Shown one piece after another: positions 9,171 to 17,724 of a stretch of DNA of 32,000 nucleotides. The position numbers and the translations under genes are program-made. Below the pieces are notes generated by a model, which saw only the letters and a program-made list of their open reading frames with translations, made no database searches and was not told the origin of the DNA. Positions within the stretch are counted from its first letter, which is position 1; each line of letters opens with the position of its first letter. The stretch is from NCBI GenBank assembly GCA_027460535.1, contig JAPZAR010000011.1, forward strand, positions 90,001-122,000, read 5' to 3'. The DNA is from Candidatus Methanoperedens sp. (GTDB lineage: Archaea > Halobacteriota > Methanosarcinia > Methanosarcinales > Methanoperedenaceae).

Positions 9171-9526
9171 TATGGTGAGACCATGGCACTGATCAAATCC
9201 CTGTCCTTTTTAATCGTCTTGAGCTGCGCCGCCGCCCCGATAACTGTAAGCCTTGTTTTGAGTGAGGTTTTGCCGAGCAATTTATTAAAGAAAGTATCGT
9301 TCTGCTTGACAGGATAGCTCTCTATCTCAATACCTGAGAAATCATCCGGGCCGATTTCGGTCATTGTCAGCTCTATGAGCTTTGTCTGCTCACTCGGTGT
9401 GAGACCTTTTTCAAGCACGAGGATTTTCCCGCTCCTTACCTCATCCAGTATCAAACGTACCTTTTCCATCGAGGTCATGTTATCAAGCTTATCTTCCGAT
9501 ATTAAGTCCAACTGAATTCCTTTCAT
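9170..9526 (-). CDS. Conserved archaeal protein (DUF2073-like)
   Basis: 118 aa, sitting between the GTPase and the Zn-ribbon protein as in the conserved archaeal triad. The family name is from memory and was not searched. Confidence 0.55.
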   Translation of the reverse strand: MKGIQLDLISEDKLDNMTSMEKVRLILDEVRSGKILVLEKGLTPSEQTKLIELTMTEIGPDDFSGIEIESYPVKQNDTFFNKLLGKTSLKTRLTVIGAAAQLKTIKKDRDLISAMVSP

Positions 9527-9532
9527 TATGAT

Positions 9533-10165
9533 TCACCCGAAGTGTTCTGCAATTTCCTGATACAGCAAGTCTATGTTCTGTCCATCCAGAGCGGATATTG
9601 GTACAAGTGGATGCTGGGGGAAGGCGCTGTGTATCCTTGCCGGCGATGAGGTGGGAAGGTCGATCTTGTTCGCCGCAATGAGAAGCGGAAGTTTTCGCGC
9701 CTCCATGTTCCCTATCACGGTGACATTGACCTGAGTATATGGATCTTCTGTGGCATCCATAACAAGTATCACGCCGTCAAGTTCATCCAGCCATTTTACA
9801 GCTTCTATAACTCCTTCGGTCGCCTCTTTGGCGCGCCGCTTCGATTCTTCCTCGCCCATCCCAAACGCCATAAAATCATGGAAATCGATCTTGGTGGCAA
9901 GCCCGGGAGTATCGATAATATCAAGTGTCACAGAAGACCCGTTGGATTCTATCGTCACACCTTCTCGCCTTCTGGCCCTTCTGGTCTCGTGCGGGATGTT
10001 TGATACCGATCCCATGGCATCTCCCGTCCAGTCCCTGAGGATCCTGTTCGCCAGTGTTGTCTTGCCAGCATTTGGAGGACCATATATTCCTATTCTCGCT
10101 CTTTTTTTCCTGAATATTTTTTTTAACCAGGTAAATTTGAGCCCCAGCCTTTTTATTATGCCCAT
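9533..10165 (-). CDS. Small GTP-binding protein
   Basis: G1 GPPNAGKTT, G3 DTPG and G4 NKID motifs. 210 aa. Confidence 0.85.
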   Translation of the reverse strand: MGIIKRLGLKFTWLKKIFRKKRARIGIYGPPNAGKTTLANRILRDWTGDAMGSVSNIPHETRRARRREGVTIESNGSSVTLDIIDTPGLATKIDFHDFMAFGMGEEESKRRAKEATEGVIEAVKWLDELDGVILVMDATEDPYTQVNVTVIGNMEARKLPLLIAANKIDLPTSSPARIHSAFPQHPLVPISALDGQNIDLLYQEIAEHFG

Positions 10166-10217
10166 AGTATGCCTCAGTGTTTAATATCTGTTCTATCTTT
10201 ATTAGTTTTCTATCAAA

Positions 10218-11702
10218 TCAGAAATCCAAGAATCGTTTTTCTTTTCTGGCAGCTTCATTGGACTTTAATGGGACATGAAGCATCTGCTCTTTGACGGGTT
10301 CATTGAATTCTGAAAGTTTCAATTGCCTTCTGGCACACTGTTCCCCCGGAATCTCAACAGGATACATCCCGGACAGGCACCCTATGCAGAGATCTTCAAT
10401 CGGGATCCCGATCGACTTAACAAGCCCTTCAATACTAACGTAGCCCAGCGAGTCGGCGTTGATCAAAGCTTCAACACCTTTTATAGTTTTATGGGCTGCC
10501 ACAAGTTCCTCACGTGTAGCCATGTCAATCCCAAGGTAACATGGTGAGATAATAGGGGGGCTTGCGACCCTCATGTGGACCTCCCTTGTCCCGGATTTGC
10601 GCATCAGGTCGATAATACGGCGTGATGTAGTCCCGCGCACGATGCTGTCGTCCACAAGCACGATGCTCTTGCCCTGGATATTGGGTTTTATGGTGTTGAG
10701 TTTGAGACGCACTGCGGTTTCCCGCATATCCTGTCCAGGCATGATGAATGTTCTTCCTATGTACCTGTTCTTCATCAGCCCCTCCATATAATCTATTCCG
10801 GATTTCTTTGAAAAGCCAATTGCAGACGTGATCCCTGAATCAGGCACCGGTGAAACGATATCTGCTTCAACAGGGTGTTCGCAAAACAGCATCTCCCCTA
10901 TGCGCATCCTCACATTATAAACGAGTTCTCCGTCGATTATTGAATCCGGTCTCGCGAAATAGATATACTCAAACACGCAGTGGGCGTGATTTTTTGCCTT
11001 CACGATCTGTTTGCTCTCGTAGCTTCCGTTGGAGAATATGATCATCTCGCCCGGATTTACGTCCCGGATGAGGTGCCCGCCAAGGATGTCTATTGCTGCG
11101 CTTTCAGACGCCACCATATAGCCGTTATCTATCTCCCCGAGACAAAGAGGCTTGAACCCCAGCGGATCACGGACCACTACAAGACTGTTATCCACTAAGA
11201 TCACAAGCGAATAAGAGCCGATAAGCCGTCGCATCAATTCTTTGACCGCGCCTTCAAGATCGGTGTGCATCAGTTCCTTAACGAGCAGATGGGCTATGAC
11301 CTCTGTATCCGAGTCGGAGAGGAAAATCCTTCCTTCCTTTTCAAGTTCCGCTCTCAGCTCTTTTGAATTGACGAGATTGCCATTATGGGCTATCGCTATT
11401 GTCCCGCTTTTGAAACTCACAAGTAGAGGCTGACAATTCTCGATTTTTGATCCGCCTGTGGTCGAATAGCGAACGTGCCCTATCCCCACATGTCCTTTCA
11501 GTTTCTGGATATCTCCTCTGTTAAAAACCTCTGGCACAAGACCCATCCCTTTTAGGGTCCGGACCTCCATGCCATCATGGACAGTTATACCTGCGGATTC
11601 CTGTCCCCTGTGCTGGAGAGCATAAAGCGCATAATAGATTGACAGCGCAGCGGATGCTTCATCCTTAAAAGAGACACCCACAACGCCGCATTCTTCATGC
11701 AA
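10218..11702 (-). CDS. purF: Amidophosphoribosyltransferase
   Basis: 494 aa. An N-terminal nucleophile Cys (CGVVGV) follows a short propeptide. The Ntn-amidotransferase and PRTase (VLVDDSIVRGTT) motifs are present. Apparent TTG start at 11702. Confidence 0.93.
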   Translation of the reverse strand: MHEECGVVGVSFKDEASAALSIYYALYALQHRGQESAGITVHDGMEVRTLKGMGLVPEVFNRGDIQKLKGHVGIGHVRYSTTGGSKIENCQPLLVSFKSGTIAIAHNGNLVNSKELRAELEKEGRIFLSDSDTEVIAHLLVKELMHTDLEGAVKELMRRLIGSYSLVILVDNSLVVVRDPLGFKPLCLGEIDNGYMVASESAAIDILGGHLIRDVNPGEMIIFSNGSYESKQIVKAKNHAHCVFEYIYFARPDSIIDGELVYNVRMRIGEMLFCEHPVEADIVSPVPDSGITSAIGFSKKSGIDYMEGLMKNRYIGRTFIMPGQDMRETAVRLKLNTIKPNIQGKSIVLVDDSIVRGTTSRRIIDLMRKSGTREVHMRVASPPIISPCYLGIDMATREELVAAHKTIKGVEALINADSLGYVSIEGLVKSIGIPIEDLCIGCLSGMYPVEIPGEQCARRQLKLSEFNEPVKEQMLHVPLKSNEAARKEKRFLDF

Positions 11703-11713
11703 TAGTTGTCACC

Positions 11714-11884
11714 TTAATATCCGCATTTCTCTTGCCATTTGTATGATCTCATGTGCGTGGTTCTACCGAATCCGCACGAAGCACACATCTTTGTGTGTGT
11801 ATTTAATGAGACACTACCGCATCTTCTGCATTTTACATGCGTCTTATGCTGGTGTTTTCCCATTGAGGGCGTACCTTTTGACAT
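11714..11884 (-). CDS. rpl37e: 50S ribosomal protein L37e
   Basis: Absent from the ORF track at 56 aa. Hand translation: [56 protein letters not shown], with a C4 zinc ribbon. It sits in the canonical position directly downstream of LSm. Confidence 0.85.
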   Translation of the reverse strand: MSKGTPSMGKHQHKTHVKCRRCGSVSLNTHTKMCASCGFGRTTHMRSYKWQEKCGY

Positions 11885-11900
11885 TTACAATCACCTTTTC

Positions 11901-12140
<240 letters not shown>

Positions 12141-12204
12141 TTAAACCATTAACGAAATAGTGCACCACTGTTGTCAGAAGAATATTTAAAACTATTGGTG
12201 GCAA

Positions 12205-12687
12205 ATGAAGATAAGATCACGGAATGTATTGAGAAAGACCGATGAAAAAGCTCTCATCAATGATATTGTGGAAGCTTTCGGGGATGCGTCAGCTTTTGCG
12301 AACAAAAAACTCGAGCATGTCGAGACCGACGAGCAGGATTTCATTTTTGTTGATGGAGAGCCGCTGTTGTTTAGAATTGAAGGAAAGATATTTCCCACCG
12401 TGAAAGGTGCGCTTAAATTGAACCCTGCGCGCAGAAGGGTAGTGGTTGATCCGGGAGCCGTGAAGTTCGTTATCAACGGGGCTGATATTATGGGTCCTGG
12501 CATAACGGAAGCCGACCACGGTATTGAGGAAGGGGACCTTGTGATCGTTGTGGAGAAAGCGCATGGAAAAGCTCTGGCGATCGGAAGAGCGCTTGTGCCA
12601 GGGAAGGAGATGGCAGGGAAAAAAGGCAAGGCGGTCAAATCCATCCATTATGTTGGGGATGAACTCTGGAACCTTGAACAGAAATAG
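12205..12687 (+). CDS. PUA-domain RNA-binding protein (Tma20/MCT-1-like)
   Basis: The C-terminal PUA pattern is VVVDPGAVKFVINGADIMGPGI...GDLVIVV...ALAIGRAL. 160 aa. Confidence 0.75.
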   Translation: MKIRSRNVLRKTDEKALINDIVEAFGDASAFANKKLEHVETDEQDFIFVDGEPLLFRIEGKIFPTVKGALKLNPARRRVVVDPGAVKFVINGADIMGPGITEADHGIEEGDLVIVVEKAHGKALAIGRALVPGKEMAGKKGKAVKSIHYVGDELWNLEQK

Positions 12688-12728
12688 ATAAATAGAAACA
12701 CACATTAAGAGGAAACGGAGATGATTTC

Positions 12729-13097
12729 ATGGCTAAATTTCTAGATAAGCTCATTGGAAGCGGGAAAAAGGCAAGATCTGAGGCTGAGGATTATCAGGAA
12801 CTTGATCTTTCGGAATTTGAAGAAGGTTTTAAAGATGAACCCACCAACATGTTCATTCGCGTGGCTGAACTGTCAGGTCTGGATACGCTGCCCCAGTTGA
12901 AGAAACAGGTTTATGAAAACAACATTCTCATAATCGATGTATCGCCTGCCAAGCATGACAAACTGCTCTTCGACAGGGCGATCAAGGATTTAAAACAGGT
13001 GGTCAGCGATGTTCACGGAGATATAGCAATGGTGAAGGAAGATCAGGTCATTGTGACACCGCGCGGTGTGCGTATCGACAGACAAAAGCTAAAGTGA
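12729..13097 (+). CDS. sepF: Archaeal SepF-like cell division protein
   Basis: 122 aa. A short amphipathic N-terminus (MAKFLDKLIG) is followed by the SepF/DUF552 core (IRVAEL...ILIIDVS...GDIAMVKEDQVIVTPRGVRI). Confidence 0.7.
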   Translation: MAKFLDKLIGSGKKARSEAEDYQELDLSEFEEGFKDEPTNMFIRVAELSGLDTLPQLKKQVYENNILIIDVSPAKHDKLLFDRAIKDLKQVVSDVHGDIAMVKEDQVIVTPRGVRIDRQKLK

Positions 13098-13702
13098 ACT
13101 CTGAATTTATACGCCCTTTAACGGTTACAAGAAGCACCTGCCCGCTGTGCCATAAAGAACTTATAACGAACTGGGTTTCGCAGAACATTCCGTTTTTCGG
13201 GGAAGTGATGCATATTACTTCCAATTGCGAATGCGGGTTCAGGTACACGGATACATTGATAATGGCCCAGCGTGAGCCCGTGCATTTTGAATTGAAGGTC
13301 AGGGACCTGGATGATCTGAATGCCAGGGTCGTGCGATCCACATCGGGAACTATCAGGATACCCGAACTCGGGATTGACATCGAGCCGGGGCCTGCCTCTG
13401 AATCCTTCGTATCCAATATCGAAGGGGTGCTTGAAAGGGTAGAAGAGATTCTGGAGATGGTGGAGAGGTGGGGAGAAGCAGGAAAGACCGAGCGCGCCCA
13501 TGAGCTAATGTCGATAATCGAGAGAATAAAAGCAGGGGAGCATGAAGTCACAGTTATAATAGAGGACCCGCTGGGCAACAGCGCCATAATTGCAGAGAAG
13601 GCCATCAGCAGGGAGCTTACTGGGGAAGAAGCTGCCAATCTGAGAACAGGTATGATTGTATTTGAAAAAGAAGAAATTGATTCCAATGAGAATCTGCAAT
13701 AG
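13094..13702 (+). CDS. ZPR1-type zinc-finger protein
   Basis: CPLCH...NIPFFGEVMHITSNCECG is the ZPR1 zinc-ribbon pattern. GTG start in a GTGA overlap with the sepF stop. Confidence 0.8.
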   Translation: MNSEFIRPLTVTRSTCPLCHKELITNWVSQNIPFFGEVMHITSNCECGFRYTDTLIMAQREPVHFELKVRDLDDLNARVVRSTSGTIRIPELGIDIEPGPASESFVSNIEGVLERVEEILEMVERWGEAGKTERAHELMSIIERIKAGEHEVTVIIEDPLGNSAIIAEKAISRELTGEEAANLRTGMIVFEKEEIDSNENLQ

Positions 13703-13792
13703 TGAGGATGTTGCAAGTTGCATCGAAAGTGAAAGCTCCTGGTGCACGGATATATGGCTGCCCGGATATCACTCAACGAAAGTGCCCTTGGG

Positions 13793-13810
13793 CTAAAATA
13801 CAAAAAAGGG
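13793..13810 (-). terminator. Oligo-T tract after the pilin-like operon
   Basis: The minus strand reads CCCTTTTTTGTATTTT about 30 nt after the TAA at 13840-13842. Confidence 0.3.
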
Positions 13811-13839
13811 AATAGAAACGGGTTATGAATTAACTCGCA

Positions 13840-15201
13840 TTAATGGAAGCTGACATTAACGTTATAATCCACGATGTGCATATAATTGATGTTCGGAGGC
13901 AGGATGTTGTAGTCAAGCACATAGGTTGAGTTGTCCTGGTTAAAACCACTCCACTGGTCGCCATTTTTATTACCCTGGTAGATCGCGAATGTACCTGTAT
14001 CGCTAATCAATTTCATATAATGTTGCAAGATTACGCCAAGAGGCACTGGACCCTGATTACCTGGCTTTTGATAAGTCCCTGTATAGGAAGCCTCATTGAG
14101 CCACGTGCCTGACTGAACATTTGATGTATAATCTGCAAGAATACTTGAATTGAGCAAATCGATAGATAAGTTGTTGGTAATGATCATTTCGTTGCATGAC
14201 CCCCACGTCTCATTTAGACTACCTTTATTATAAGACACTACTACATATGCTCCCTCCTGACCACCTCCACATTTTTTCTGAAGATTCAGATGGAACACGT
14301 CTGAATCGGCGGTAGGCGCACGCAGGTCGATCTGGAGATTTGCCTCGACCCCGGTAAGATTGAATCTAAACTGGTTGAGAGGTGTATTATTTGTGACGTC
14401 TAACCCCACCACCTCAATAGGGACAATCAAATCTTGAGGTCCGTTACTGGGATGTGAGTTGAATGAAACTATTACTTCGTGGGTTACATCGTTCATGAGT
14501 GGAATGGCCTCGGTTCTCTCCTGTATATACTGAGCCCACGCTTTATAGTAGTCGCTCTTTAGCCTGATTTTTATCTGCTTTCCGTAAAGTGGGTTTACGA
14601 GATTGCTCGTGGTAAGATTAGGATAAATCCTTCTTGGGGCATCATGTGATTCCGAAAGAACGTTTACAACTCCTTTCCCGCCAATCGACCCCTGGCTATT
14701 GATCCTTATTATCGGGATTGTCAGTGTTTCGCCGTTATAGTAGAATTCTGGAGGAGAAATCATCTCAGGTTCTCCCGAGGGAAACATCCTAAACATTCCC
14801 CCATCTTCGTAGGCAATTCTGTTGTTGTTCACAGCATATTCTATCAAACCCAATGATTTATTGAATATTTCAAGCTGATAACCAGACTCATTGACCACGA
14901 TTATACTCAATCGGTTGCTGGTCACATTCTCAGCCATTAAAGTCCCGCCATTGAGGTCCATATGTGAGAGTTGGGAGGGTGAAACCCCAAAAGCCACCAT
15001 GCTGATTCTTCCATTTATCATCGTGAGCGCCTCTACCTCACTTTCCATGAATGCGGAATCCTTTATATTTACCAGGATGGGATATGCAATAACTGCCATA
15101 ACGCAGGAGCCGATCAGCACGATGCTGAGAATGAGAGAATAACCTATTGTCTCTGAGACCGCATCTTCAGATTTCAAAATTTTTATTTTCACAGAGTTCA
15201 T
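13840..15201 (-). CDS. Pilin-like protein with class III signal peptide (paralog of 15203-15922, with a C-terminal extension)
   Basis: N-terminus MNSVKIKILKSEDA|VSETIGYSLILSIVLIG. It shares motifs with the upstream gene: AYE[ND]GG, TIP and SDYYK[AG]WA. I hand-counted about 11 N-x-S/T sequons. Confidence 0.7.
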   Translation of the reverse strand: MNSVKIKILKSEDAVSETIGYSLILSIVLIGSCVMAVIAYPILVNIKDSAFMESEVEALTMINGRISMVAFGVSPSQLSHMDLNGGTLMAENVTSNRLSIIVVNESGYQLEIFNKSLGLIEYAVNNNRIAYEDGGMFRMFPSGEPEMISPPEFYYNGETLTIPIIRINSQGSIGGKGVVNVLSESHDAPRRIYPNLTTSNLVNPLYGKQIKIRLKSDYYKAWAQYIQERTEAIPLMNDVTHEVIVSFNSHPSNGPQDLIVPIEVVGLDVTNNTPLNQFRFNLTGVEANLQIDLRAPTADSDVFHLNLQKKCGGGQEGAYVVVSYNKGSLNETWGSCNEMIITNNLSIDLLNSSILADYTSNVQSGTWLNEASYTGTYQKPGNQGPVPLGVILQHYMKLISDTGTFAIYQGNKNGDQWSGFNQDNSTYVLDYNILPPNINYMHIVDYNVNVSFH

Positions 15202-15202
15202 T

Positions 15203-15922
15203 TTAACCTGTTAGTATGCTGGTGATTATCTGGCTACTGTCAACGTTCACTACGTTGGCAGTAATGTTTGACGACACCGTAGTGTTCATATCGTCAATGA
15301 CTATATCTTTCGCTCCTATATCCCCCAGGTATTCCGCCCATCCTTTGTAGTAATCACTCTGTATCACCATCGAGACATTACCATTCACGGCATCAACGGT
15401 GAGGAGCGAAGAAGAAAAAATCTTACCATTCACCCTCATAATCCCATCCCCACCCACCCAGTAGTCACCTGCTAATTCAAAAGCCGGTATCGTAGTAGTG
15501 TTCCCCGTCGAGAAAGAGGGTTTTGACACTATAATCACGGCGCCATTCGGATATTTTGTCCATATACCGCCGTTTTCATAGGCAAGTGTTTTATCTTCAT
15601 ACATGTACTCTACGGAGCCCAGGTTGAATGGTATGCTGCCTATCGTAATTGAGCTGTTATGGCGGACAGCCAGAATTCCACCTTTTATTTTCAGTTCCGT
15701 GATTCTGATAGGGGCTCTATCGGCGCCAACTTTTCCGATATTTTGAGATAGATAAAGAAAACTCCTCTCCATCTCCTGAAAATGGGCGGTTTTTTCTGAT
15801 TTATCGAGCATTGGTGCGCCTTGAAAATAAACCATGGCGCTTGCGAGAATTACAATCGCTAAAGTCAATGAGAAACTCATGGCCTCGGAAACAGCGCTTT
15901 CAGATAGTATGAGTTTTTTCAT
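15203..15922 (-). CDS. Pilin-like protein with class III signal peptide
   Basis: I prefer ATG 15922, giving MKKLILSESA|VSEAMSFSLTLAIVILA. The track's 16012 start would add 30 aa overlapping the upstream gene. There is a 1-nt gap to the next gene. Confidence 0.7.
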   Translation of the reverse strand: MKKLILSESAVSEAMSFSLTLAIVILASAMVYFQGAPMLDKSEKTAHFQEMERSFLYLSQNIGKVGADRAPIRITELKIKGGILAVRHNSSITIGSIPFNLGSVEYMYEDKTLAYENGGIWTKYPNGAVIIVSKPSFSTGNTTTIPAFELAGDYWVGGDGIMRVNGKIFSSSLLTVDAVNGNVSMVIQSDYYKGWAEYLGDIGAKDIVIDDMNTTVSSNITANVVNVDSSQIITSILTG

Positions 15923-15929
15923 GTTCCTC

Positions 15930-17717
15930 CTACGGTGCAGTAAAGGTGACCGTCCGTGTGGTGCTGTCACCCAAAAGGAACTCGATGGTGAAATCCTTCC
16001 CTCTGATATCACTATTGAATGTCAGATCCATGGATTTGGCAGTGTTCAGGGCCGTATAGGAAGGGATTAAGGTCAATTGGGTTCCGGAAGGGCTATTGCC
16101 GCTCCAGTAGGTGGACGGGCCAATTTTCAATGTGGCGATATTTGGGCCTGAAGGATTCCATGTAATAGTGATTTTCTTTATGGACACGGTTACTGTATCC
16201 GAAACGTTATCTCTGAGATTGATGTTATTGAGGCTCTTGCCACCAGGTCCTGTTGCAAGTCCACTTGTATCAACTTCAAGCTCACTTGCCTGACCTGGAA
16301 GTGATACATTAAATGGTCCCGCGGTAGCAAATGCAGATTTTCCGCTCCTATCAAACACGGTAATATTGAAGGTATAATTCATGCCGCTCACATATGTGGC
16401 ATTGAAGGTCCATGTTTCCGGGGGGTCTATGCTGTTTACGACCGTGGGATATATGGAGACATTTTCTTTGTGTGAGTACACTATTCCCCCTGTTCGCGTA
16501 ACATTAATGGTTAGATTATCAAGACCTGAACTGTTGTCAGACGCAATGTACGTTACCTTTATGGGATTCCCGGGTGGGATGTCAGAACTCAGAACAGGGG
16601 ACAGAATGGATGTTGAAGGATTATCAGAGTCTATTATCGGGGTTACATTAAATGACCAGTTCGCCCAGGTCCCATGTACGGTGCTATCAATGTCCTTCAC
16701 GTAGAGTTGCACATTATGTCCAGACTCGCTCATGCTCTGCACGGGAACGTAGTTGACGGTCGTAAGTTTGGGACTCACGGTAGTAAATGTGGCATTTGAT
16801 ATCTGGTTCATGGAATCGATTAATAATATAAAAGATGAAAAATTTATTCCTTTATCATCGCTTATCTGGGCCTGTATGGTGGGCCTGTGGAAATCCGTGG
16901 AGGAAAGATCGGGTGGAGAAAATGCGGAAACTATGGGCGGATAGGAGACCGGATTATACACGGTGTAATTGCGGGAGGCGGGTTTCGTATGCCCTGCTGC
17001 GTCATAAGCGATGGCAGTAATAATATAGTTCCCATCTGTCATCGCTCTTGTATCCCATGACCAGTTGAATGAGGAACCCGCCGCATATTCATAAGTTCCG
17101 TTAACATAGTACTCCACCCGGGTCACACCCACATCATCCCACACGCTGACATTAATATGCACCGTGTTGTTGAGGGTGGAACCTCCGGGCGGAGAAACAA
17201 TAGAGATGATGGGGCTGTTGAAGTCTGGCGGGGGCGTTACACCGCCGTCCTTGAAGAATATTGCGCTGCTTCGCGAATCATATTCCAATTTATACGTATC
17301 GCTTAAGCTCTGGATCGTACTGTTTTCCGCCACTCTTATGTTCGAGTCAAGGGGTACTTCCACGCTCACATAAGGACCACTTGTGGATTCGATTATGATT
17401 TTGCCAGCCAATAGTTTGACGGAATATGTGTTATCAGCTATTTTCACGGGCATCGAGAATTCCGATTCAATAGCGGTTCGTGACCCTGAAGAAAGGCTTG
17501 CTCTGGCCTCCACGACCATATCAGACATCCTTTTAGCGATCTCATTGCCTAATGCCAGATATTCTTCCTGCATCAAAATTTTGCCCTGCTTTTGGTTCAA
17601 GCCCTGGAAAGACAGGAATATCATTCCAAGAAAAATAACGGATATGCCGAACATCAGGATCGTCTCGACTGCAATGGTAATACCAGATTCATCTGAGATT
17701 ATTCTTCTCGTTCTCAT
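15930..17717 (-). CDS. Large pilin-like protein with three tandem Ig-like modules (putative adhesin)
   Basis: ATG 17717 gives MRTRRIISDESG|ITIAVETILMFGISVIFLG. A GAGG lies about 8 nt upstream. An alternative TTG start is at 17738. The repeated module starts are IISIVSPPGG, IVSAFSPPDL and TSILSPVLSS. I hand-counted about 19 N-x-S/T sequons. Confidence 0.7.
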   Translation of the reverse strand: MRTRRIISDESGITIAVETILMFGISVIFLGMIFLSFQGLNQKQGKILMQEEYLALGNEIAKRMSDMVVEARASLSSGSRTAIESEFSMPVKIADNTYSVKLLAGKIIIESTSGPYVSVEVPLDSNIRVAENSTIQSLSDTYKLEYDSRSSAIFFKDGGVTPPPDFNSPIISIVSPPGGSTLNNTVHINVSVWDDVGVTRVEYYVNGTYEYAAGSSFNWSWDTRAMTDGNYIITAIAYDAAGHTKPASRNYTVYNPVSYPPIVSAFSPPDLSSTDFHRPTIQAQISDDKGINFSSFILLIDSMNQISNATFTTVSPKLTTVNYVPVQSMSESGHNVQLYVKDIDSTVHGTWANWSFNVTPIIDSDNPSTSILSPVLSSDIPPGNPIKVTYIASDNSSGLDNLTINVTRTGGIVYSHKENVSIYPTVVNSIDPPETWTFNATYVSGMNYTFNITVFDRSGKSAFATAGPFNVSLPGQASELEVDTSGLATGPGGKSLNNINLRDNVSDTVTVSIKKITITWNPSGPNIATLKIGPSTYWSGNSPSGTQLTLIPSYTALNTAKSMDLTFNSDIRGKDFTIEFLLGDSTTRTVTFTAP

Positions 17718-17724
17718 CCAAGCC

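Noticed and set aside
12192-12705. 150-aa and 138-aa minus-strand ORFs
   Set aside because: They are antisense to the PUA-domain gene and have shadow-frame composition.
13048-13803. 251-aa ORF on the minus strand
   Set aside because: It is fully antisense to the well-supported ZPR1 gene. The product is Ser/Leu/Ile-rich and low in complexity, as expected for the mirror frame of a Glu/Asp-rich gene. It has no motifs and no RBS.
15923-16012. 30-aa N-terminal extension of the 15203-16012 track ORF
   Set aside because: The extension would overlap the C-terminus of the upstream gene by 83 nt and would bury the class III signal. ATG 15922 gives a canonical short leader 7 nt after the upstream stop.
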